Virus record (IMG/VR): IMGVR_UViG_3300045988_140583
Location: 1-5,412 of that record
Source of the DNA: a virus
DNA length: 5,412 nucleotides
Strand: one strand, 5' to 3'
Shown piece by piece: positions 1-3,975 of this stretch. Within the stretch, counting starts at the first letter, position 1; each line of letters begins with the position of its first letter. The notes under the pieces are model-generated. The model did no database searches and was not told the DNA's origin. It worked only from the letters and a program-made list of their open reading frames with translations. The position numbers were made by a program, and so were the translations under genes.

Positions 1-80
1 ATGCGCTTATTGTCGTTGGCGCTACGTATGACCTCGACTTTGACCGCAACGGTTATCTTCTCGGAATTGAGGAAGCCTAA
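1..80 (+). CDS. 3' end (duplicate copy) of the 80-aa ssDNA-binding-like gene annotated at 5131-5373; partial at the window edge
   Basis: Reading from base 3 gives ALIVVGATYDLDFDRNGYLLGIEEA followed by TAA at 78-80. This is identical to the C-terminus of ORF 5131-5373. The 1-183 ORF in the track is in a different frame. Confidence 0.85.
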   Translation, partial: ALIVVGATYDLDFDRNGYLLGIEEA

Positions 81-119
81 CTTCCTTTGTTTAAACCCAA
101 ATTTCATTTCCTATGGGAG
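1..119. repeat. Terminal redundancy: exact copy of 5294-5412, marking a circular genome of about 5,293 nt
   Basis: Base-by-base comparison shows that 1-119 (atgcgcttattgtcg...ttcctatgggag) is identical to 5294-5412. The offset is 5293. The repeat cuts through a CDS, which fits an assembly wrap-around better than a biological terminal repeat. Confidence 0.93.
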
Positions 120-136
120 AGCGGTTCGCCGCTCTC
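117..136 (+). promoter_or_regulatory. Perfect 8-bp GC-rich hairpin with a TTCG (UUCG-type) tetraloop, ending 4 nt upstream of the tRNA 5' end; possible RNA processing or stability element
   Basis: GAGAGCGG (117-124), TTCG (125-128), CCGCTCTC (129-136). No T-tract follows, so it is not a classical intrinsic terminator. The structure is seen directly; the function is inferred. Confidence 0.45.
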
Positions 137-140
137 ACAT

Positions 141-214
141 GGCGGGTTGGTGTAATGGTAACACGCAAGGTTCTGAGCCTTGATTTGGTAGTTCAAATCT
201 ATCGCCCGCAACCA
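141..214 (+). tRNA. tRNA-Gln (anticodon CUG), 74 nt including a genomically encoded CCA
   Basis: Hand-folded cloverleaf. Acceptor stem is 141-147 with 204-210: six pairs including a T147-G204 wobble, plus a G141/A210 (1-72) mismatch. U8 is T148. D stem is GTGT 150-153 with ACAC 161-164, and the D loop is AATGGTA with G18 G19. Anticodon stem is CAAGG 166-170 with CCTTG 178-182. The anticodon loop is TTCTGAG, giving U33, anticodon CTG at 173-175 and A37. The variable loop is 4 nt (183-186). T stem is GGTAG 187-191 with CTATC 199-203, and the T loop is TTCAAAT. Discriminator is A211 and CCA is 212-214. Confidence 0.85.
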
Positions 215-262
215 ATACGGATTTGACCTCCGTTATTCGATGTCGCGAAAGGTGGTGGCGAA

Positions 263-1444
263 TTGAAAAAAAAGCATCGGTTTTTTTATAAGCGCTTCGT
301 CGCCCTTCTCGCGGCTCTTGTTTCTTCTTTTTGTTTTTGTCTGCCTTGTTTTGCTTCGAATAATGCTTCAACTTTTCAATGGGTTGTTACTGATAAAGTA
401 GAGAAATATGGCGAAAATGGACAATTAACTCCTTACTTGCAACTTTCTCCATTTGTTGATGGAAATTTTTATGCTGCTACGTTTGAGACACGCTTTGTTT
501 CTTATAATGGTTCGTATTATATCGGCTCACATACTGATAGTTCTAGTTATTCTACCCATGCTCAACTTTGGGGTTGTCCTGTAAATTATCCTGACTGGTG
601 GCGTGCTGATTTGCCTTTGGGTCGTACTTCTTATGTGCAGTTTGATAGACTTACTTTTATCTCCACTGGTTCTTCGCCTATTTTTTCTGATTTGACAGAG
701 GTTAGTTTTCTTCCTCAAAATAAGGCTTATTCTTTTGATATTTCTATAGATAATGCTGTTGATAAGCCGACGTATCCTGACCACGATGTTTATTTGTCTA
801 GTAGCTTTCCATTTTATTTAATTTACACTTACTCTCAGGGCACTAATAATGATGTTAATGATAGTTTTGTTGGTGCTGACTTGCTCCGTCTTACTGGTAT
901 GCCTGTGTCTTATGGTGCTTCCGCTCCTGTTACTTATTCGATGTCGGAAGACCAATGTGTGTTGACTTTAAACCAGAATAATCTTCATTATTCTTATTTT
1001 TGGATAGATTCTATGGCTAATGCCTCTTTAAGCCAAATCGAGTGGCTTGTAATGCCTAATATTACTGATTGGACGGAGGAACAGCTTCTTCAACTTAATG
1101 GTACAGTATTGAAAGTCTCGGCCGAGATTTCATTCTTGATTGATGCTAATAAACTTCCTGCTGGCCTTGAAGTTGGTGATTCTTTCCCCTCTGTTGACCC
1201 GTTTGATTCTTTGCGGGATTCTCTCTTGGATGAATTTGATGTTGAAAATAAGATTGATGACACTCGCATGTATTTAGATGCTGCTGTTAATTCTTTTTCT
1301 TCTGTTGATTCTGATGTTGCTTCTGGTGCTTCTGGTCTTCTCGGCGGTCTTTTCCAGCATTTAGGCACGTTTCTCTTTTCTGTTTCTCTCCTTTGCCTTG
1401 GTGCTGTTTTTCTCCGCATTGTCCTTAGAAAGGCGGTTGACTGA
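263..1444 (+). CDS. 393-aa secreted protein with a C-terminal membrane anchor; candidate pIII-like adsorption or minor virion protein (function inferred from architecture only)
   Basis: This is the longest ORF. It has a TTG start at 263, about 7 nt downstream of the SD-like GAAAGGTGGTGG (247-258). The N-terminus MKKKHRFFYKRFVALLAALVSSFCFCLPCFA-SNN looks like a signal peptide with a strongly basic n-region. The C-terminus GLLGGLFQHLGTFLFSVSLLCLGAVFLRIVLRKAVD is a hydrophobic anchor with a basic tail. The stop TGA overlaps the next ATG (TGATG at 1442-1446). Confidence 0.85.
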   Translation: MKKKHRFFYKRFVALLAALVSSFCFCLPCFASNNASTFQWVVTDKVEKYGENGQLTPYLQLSPFVDGNFYAATFETRFVSYNGSYYIGSHTDSSSYSTHAQLWGCPVNYPDWWRADLPLGRTSYVQFDRLTFISTGSSPIFSDLTEVSFLPQNKAYSFDISIDNAVDKPTYPDHDVYLSSSFPFYLIYTYSQGTNNDVNDSFVGADLLRLTGMPVSYGASAPVTYSMSEDQCVLTLNQNNLHYSYFWIDSMANASLSQIEWLVMPNITDWTEEQLLQLNGTVLKVSAEISFLIDANKLPAGLEVGDSFPSVDPFDSLRDSLLDEFDVENKIDDTRMYLDAAVNSFSSVDSDVASGASGLLGGLFQHLGTFLFSVSLLCLGAVFLRIVLRKAVD

Positions 1445-1575
1445 TGACTTTTCTTGAATTCTTCAAATCAGTTTTTAAACTTTTCGGTGATGCTGGTTCT
1501 GTTCTTATTGGTGTTGTTGTTTTCCTTGTCGGCTTCGGTATTTATAAGTTCGTTAAGGATTGGTTGCCATGGTAG
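1444..1575 (+). CDS. 43-aa single-pass hydrophobic protein; candidate minor or alternative coat protein
   Basis: It is not in the ORF track because it is under the length cutoff. The ATG at 1444 overlaps the upstream TGA. Translation is MTFLEFFKSVFKLFGDAGSVLIGVVVFLVGFGIYKFVKDWLPW, ending at TAG 1573-1575. It has a central hydrophobic span of about 20 aa with charged flanks. Overlapping start and stop codons on both sides suggest translational coupling. Confidence 0.6.
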   Translation: MTFLEFFKSVFKLFGDAGSVLIGVVVFLVGFGIYKFVKDWLPW

Positions 1576-1733
1576 ATTTTGTTGCAACTCTCGGTGTAGT
1601 TACTTCGTTTGTCTATGAAGTACTGAATATGCCTTTTTTACACTTCGGTACTTATGGGGGCTTAGTTCTTATGCTTTTTCTGCTTTCTCTTGTTGGTTTC
1701 GTTCTTCGTAGTCTATGGAAAGAGGGTGATTAA
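1569..1733 (+). CDS. 54-aa hydrophobic membrane protein; candidate minor virion or assembly protein
   Basis: The ATG at 1569 lies inside ATGGTAG, overlapping the upstream TAG. Translation is MVDFVATLGVVTSFVYEVLNMPFLHFGTYGGLVLMLFLLSLVGFVLRSLWKEGD, ending at TAA 1731-1733. It has a strong hydrophobic segment near the C-terminus. Confidence 0.55.
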   Translation: MVDFVATLGVVTSFVYEVLNMPFLHFGTYGGLVLMLFLLSLVGFVLRSLWKEGD

Positions 1734-1795
1734 TAATCGAAGTTCCTGCTATTATCAAAACTTGGGTTGATTCTGACGGCGTCACCGTCTACACA

Positions 1796-2347
1796 GTGCA
1801 ATATAAAGATGGCAGCACTTGTGATATGACCGTTCAGCAGTATGATTATCTCAAGGCGTCTGCGCAGGCTGTCGCCGATATGGATTTTAAAGCCTCCGCT
1901 GATTCTCAGCCGGCTGAAACTCCTGTTCCCGCTGAGCCTGCACAGAACATCACCGAAAGTCCAGACCTCCGCGACGGCTATGTACCGGAGGAAGGCGAAT
2001 TGCCTTTTGAGGGGAGCTTGACCGCTTATGATGACCGCGCCGCAGATACTCCGGCTTTGTATGCTAATCTCCCTAACGTCTCTAATAGTTTCACTGCTAT
2101 TATGGATTGGTTCGGAGATACGTTTTTTGTCGAACGTACTGAGACGGTGCACAAGTCCGGTTATACGTCCGAAAGGTACTCCTATAATAGTTCGACTCAA
2201 CTTATTCAGCTTCCTTATGAGGAAGATTCCACAACTACGTCTCAAGTTCTCAACCCGCAAGCTTGCGTTTCTGCTTTGCTTGTTGTCCTTGTCTTCGTTA
2301 CTACTGTTACTTGGATTAAAAACGCGATTTGGGGGCGCATGAGCTGA
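1796..2347 (+). CDS. 183-aa acidic, Pro/Ala/Glu-rich protein with a C-terminal transmembrane anchor; start codon uncertain
   Basis: The ORF is open from 1730. The first canonical start is GTG 1796, which has no SD. The C-terminus ACVSALLVVLVFVTTVTWIKNAIWGRMS is a tail anchor. A linker-like stretch SQPAETPVPAEPAQ is present. The stop TGA overlaps the next ATG (2345-2349). Confidence 0.75.
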   Translation: MQYKDGSTCDMTVQQYDYLKASAQAVADMDFKASADSQPAETPVPAEPAQNITESPDLRDGYVPEEGELPFEGSLTAYDDRAADTPALYANLPNVSNSFTAIMDWFGDTFFVERTETVHKSGYTSERYSYNSSTQLIQLPYEEDSTTTSQVLNPQACVSALLVVLVFVTTVTWIKNAIWGRMS

Positions 2348-2460
2348 TGGAAATTCTTCCTTTGCAGTATTGTTTCGGTATCTTTTCTGTTCCCGAAATT
2401 GGCTATTTCATTATTTTCGTTGCTGTTCTCTCTATGTTGGTTCTCCTGCTCCGTCCGTGA
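2347..2460 (+). CDS. 37-aa hydrophobic protein; candidate minor virion or assembly protein
   Basis: The ATG at 2347 overlaps the upstream TGA. Translation is MEILPLQYCFGIFSVPEIGYFIIFVAVLSMLVLLLRP, ending at TGA 2458-2460. It has a single hydrophobic span. It is below the ORF track cutoff. Confidence 0.5.
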   Translation: MEILPLQYCFGIFSVPEIGYFIIFVAVLSMLVLLLRP

Positions 2461-2558
2461 CAGGTGCCATAAATATTTTTAAGAAAGGATGATGACTTCA
2501 GGCTGCTACCTCTACTATTGCTACGCTGCTTTCTCAGGTCGGTGAATTTTTCACTCAG

Positions 2559-2687
2559 ATGATTACTTGGATGGGTCAGCTTTTGGACTTCTATGAAGCT
2601 CAGCCGATTCTCCTTGTTTTCGTCCTCCTCGCTATCGGTGGTATTGTCCTCCGTATCCTTCGCCGCTGGATTCCCGGTCGCTCCTAA
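2559..2687 (+). CDS. Candidate major coat protein, Pf3-like (no leader peptide), 42 aa from ATG 2559; the same frame is open back to 2496
   Basis: Translation is MITWMGQLLDFYEAQPILLVFVLLAIGGIVLRILRRWIPGRS. It has an acidic N-terminus, a hydrophobic core of about 20 aa and a C-terminus with four Arg, the classic inovirus coat layout. A strong intrinsic terminator follows immediately, as after gene VIII in Ff phages. The start is uncertain (see finding). Confidence 0.6.
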   Translation: MITWMGQLLDFYEAQPILLVFVLLAIGGIVLRILRRWIPGRS

Positions 2688-2697
2688 CGATTGAGAG

Positions 2698-2743
2698 AAA
2701 ACGCCGCCGACCATTTTAAATGGTCGGCGACGTTTTCTCGTTT
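2698..2743 (+). terminator. Rho-independent terminator downstream of the coat gene
   Basis: The stem pairs 2698-2714 (aaaacgccgccgaccat) with 2720-2736 (atggtcggcgacgtttt), with one C/A mismatch at 2704/2730. The loop is about 5 nt. It is followed by the T-rich ttttctcgttt. Confidence 0.8.
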
Positions 2744-2760
2744 AGAAAGGATTATATGTT

Positions 2761-3384
2761 ATGCTTTATGGTATTCTTATCTTTTGCGTTTGCTGGCTTT
2801 TTGTTTATATCGATAACTATTGCAAAAACCCCTACAAACTTGAGGCTGTTGTTGGTTCAAAAGGCTCTGGCAAGTCTCTGTATATGTCTCGTGTTGCTGA
2901 TAAGTGGCTACATGCTAATAAGGGGCTTATCTATAGCAATATGGGTATTGGTTATGAGTTAGAGCCGGAATACTGGAAACAGCTCTTTGTCCCTGATTCC
3001 CTTATACTCATTGACGAAATTGGTGTTCTGCACTCTAACCGCGATTTTAAAGCTATGCCCCGTGATGCTATTGAGTTTTTCAAAATGCAGCGCAAGTATC
3101 GCTTGACGATTATTGTATCGTCTCAGACCATGGACTTTGATAAAAAGATACGTGACCTTTGTGACCGTATTTACCTTTGCAATCGTATTGGCTGGTTCTG
3201 CCGCCTTACTCCCTACCGCTCTTGTATCGCTATGGAACATCGTCCCGAGGGAGGACAAGAGCTGGTCAACACGGTGCGCAAGGCGGGTCGGGCAAGGTGG
3301 TATACCATCCCTAAGTCCGTGAAGCAGGTAAGTGCCTTAGAATACGATACAGAGCAGGTTATCAGCAAGACCCCCTCGAAGTAA
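2761..3384 (+). CDS. Zot / pI-like P-loop assembly ATPase, compact 207-aa form with an N-terminal hydrophobic segment
   Basis: Walker A is VVGSKGSGKS and Walker B is SLILIDEIG. The downstream stretch FFKMQRKYRLTIIVSSQTMDFDKKIRDL resembles the conserved Zot-family region as I recall it. The N-terminus MLYGILIFCVCWLFVYI is hydrophobic. The SD AGAAAGGA lies at 2743-2750. Confidence 0.88.
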   Translation: MLYGILIFCVCWLFVYIDNYCKNPYKLEAVVGSKGSGKSLYMSRVADKWLHANKGLIYSNMGIGYELEPEYWKQLFVPDSLILIDEIGVLHSNRDFKAMPRDAIEFFKMQRKYRLTIIVSSQTMDFDKKIRDLCDRIYLCNRIGWFCRLTPYRSCIAMEHRPEGGQELVNTVRKAGRARWYTIPKSVKQVSALEYDTEQVISKTPSK

Positions 3385-3437
3385 AAAAAAAGAACTCCCC
3401 GTGCCCCCGTAGGGGGTCAGGGGAGTTCTTTTTTTTT
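3383..3437. terminator. Long bidirectional-type intrinsic terminator hairpin; also a candidate packaging-signal hairpin
   Basis: A perfect 18-bp outer stem pairs A9-GAACTCCCC (3383-3400) with GGGGAGTTC-T9 (3420-3437). An inner stem pairs CCCCC (3404-3408) with GGGGG (3412-3416) around a GTA loop, offset by a 3x3 internal loop. It begins inside the ATPase stop codon. Confidence 0.85.
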
Positions 3438-3496
3438 ACCGGATCACTCCCGCCGTCTTGTCACGCGATAGCGTCTCTACCGCGTCCCCCGTCCCC

Positions 3497-3515
3497 GCAA
3501 GGGCGAAGCCCTTGC
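3497..3515. other. Perfect 8-bp GC-rich hairpin with a GAA loop inside the GC-rich intergenic block
   Basis: GCAAGGGC (3497-3504), GAA, GCCCTTGC (3508-3515). Read directly. Confidence 0.6.
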
Positions 3516-3648
3516 CCTTCCTAAACAGACTGGTAGGGAGTTTCATTGCGCTGCTGGTGGCGTGCGGTCGGGTAAGCTGGGAAAAGAAATCTTGCGTCCT
3601 GCTGCGGCAGTTCGTGCGCGTGCTGGCCGGTGCTCGCTTCGTGAGCAT

Positions 3649-3672
3649 GAATCAAAAACTTGTTTTTGATTC
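3649..3672. repeat. Palindrome with 11-bp arms: GAATCAAAAAC tt GTTTTTGATTC
   Basis: Arm 3649-3659 is the reverse complement of arm 3662-3672. It sits at the junction between the GC-rich and AT-rich parts of the intergenic region. Confidence 0.8.
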
Positions 3673-3730
3673 AAGGCCATAGGGGCGCCAATTAAGGAAA
3701 GTAGGAAATGGGGAGTAATTTTTTTGTCTT

Positions 3731-3770
3731 GAATCAAAATTTTTTTGACCGCGAAAAAAATTTTAGATTC
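3731..3770. repeat. Second GAATC...GATTC palindrome: A/T-tract arms around a GACCGCG loop
   Basis: The sequence is gaatcaaaatttttttgaccgcgaaaaaaattttagattc. AAAATTTTTTT (3736-3746) is the reverse complement of AAAAAAATTTT (3754-3764). The outer GAATC/GATTC ends pair if one A is bulged. An A10 run follows at 3771-3780. Confidence 0.75.
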
Positions 3771-3829
3771 AAAAAAAAAATTGATCCACATTTGCTACTT
3801 TCGGCGCCCCGTCCATCGTTATTTCGTTT

Positions 3830-3860
3830 CCCCGTCCCCTCGTCCCCTCCCGTTTCCCGT
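3830..3860. repeat. C-run iterated motif (CCCCGT / CGTCCCCT x2 / CCCGT), which is G-run-rich on the minus strand
   Basis: CGTCCCCT occurs in tandem at 3833-3840 and 3841-3848. C-runs of 3 or more lie at 3830-3833, 3836-3839, 3844-3847, 3849-3851 and 3856-3858. Related CCCCGT copies lie at 3405-3410, 3486-3491 and 3807-3812. Confidence 0.75.
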
Positions 3861-3872
3861 CTTACGGGAGTC

Positions 3873-3904
3873 GGTGGGCGTTCGTGTAATACGCCCACCT
3901 TTTT
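3873..3904 (+). terminator. Terminator-like hairpin (9-bp stem plus T5) immediately upstream of the rep promoter
   Basis: GGTGGGCGT (3873-3881) pairs with ACGCCCACC (3891-3899) around a 9-nt loop, followed by TTTTT (3900-3904). It could insulate the rep promoter from read-through or form part of an origin structure. Confidence 0.6.
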
Positions 3905-3915
3905 GAAATTTCCTC

Positions 3916-3944
3916 TTGACAACTCCTTCATATTGTGGTAACAT
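3916..3944 (+). promoter_or_regulatory. Sigma70-type promoter for the rep operon
   Basis: The -35 is a consensus TTGACA (3916-3921). A 17-nt spacer follows, then an extended -10, TGgTAACAT (3936-3944). It lies about 30 nt upstream of the rep start. Confidence 0.7.
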
Positions 3945-3975
3945 TTAGCCATGGAAATGAAAGGTGGTTTCTCAC

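Noticed and set aside
82-117. A dedicated promoter for the tRNA (TTGTTT at 87-92 with TATGGG at 112-117)
   Set aside because: The spacer is 19 nt and both hexamers are poor. Co-transcription from the rep promoter followed by processing is simpler.
1-183. The + strand ORF 1-183 (60 aa)
   Set aside because: It is out of frame with the duplicated SSB gene tail (1-80) and then reads through the hairpin and into the tRNA. It is an artefact of the window edge.
1719-1740. A programmed -1 frameshift fusing the 54-aa ORF to the 183-aa ORF
   Set aside because: The downstream frame is closed by TGA at 1727-1729, leaving only 1730-1733 for a shift. No X-XXY-YYZ slippery heptamer is present there.
3648-3772. 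The cluster of GANTC (CcrM-type methylation) sites as a hint of an alphaproteobacterial host
   Set aside because: GANTC pentamers (GATTC, GAGTC, GAATC) occur frequently elsewhere in the window, for example near 1768, 1901, 2604, 3868 and 5017. The cluster is therefore not clearly specific, and the palindrome interpretation is sufficient.
3708-3941. ORF 3708-3941 (77 aa), which has a reasonable SD-like AAGGAAAG about 9 nt upstream
   Set aside because: It reads straight through homopolymer tracts, both arms of the 3731-3770 palindrome, the C-run repeats, the 3873-3904 hairpin and the rep promoter. The product is low in complexity (FF, KKK, PS-rich). The purine-rich motif is more likely part of the origin region.
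3438-3963. A dif-like XerC/XerD site or other attP for chromosomal integration
   Set aside because: I found no convincing match to the XerD-arm consensus TTATGTTAAAT or its complement. The nearest sequence, GGTAACATTTAG at 3937-3948, is the promoter -10 region. No recombinase gene is present. A proper profile search is still needed.
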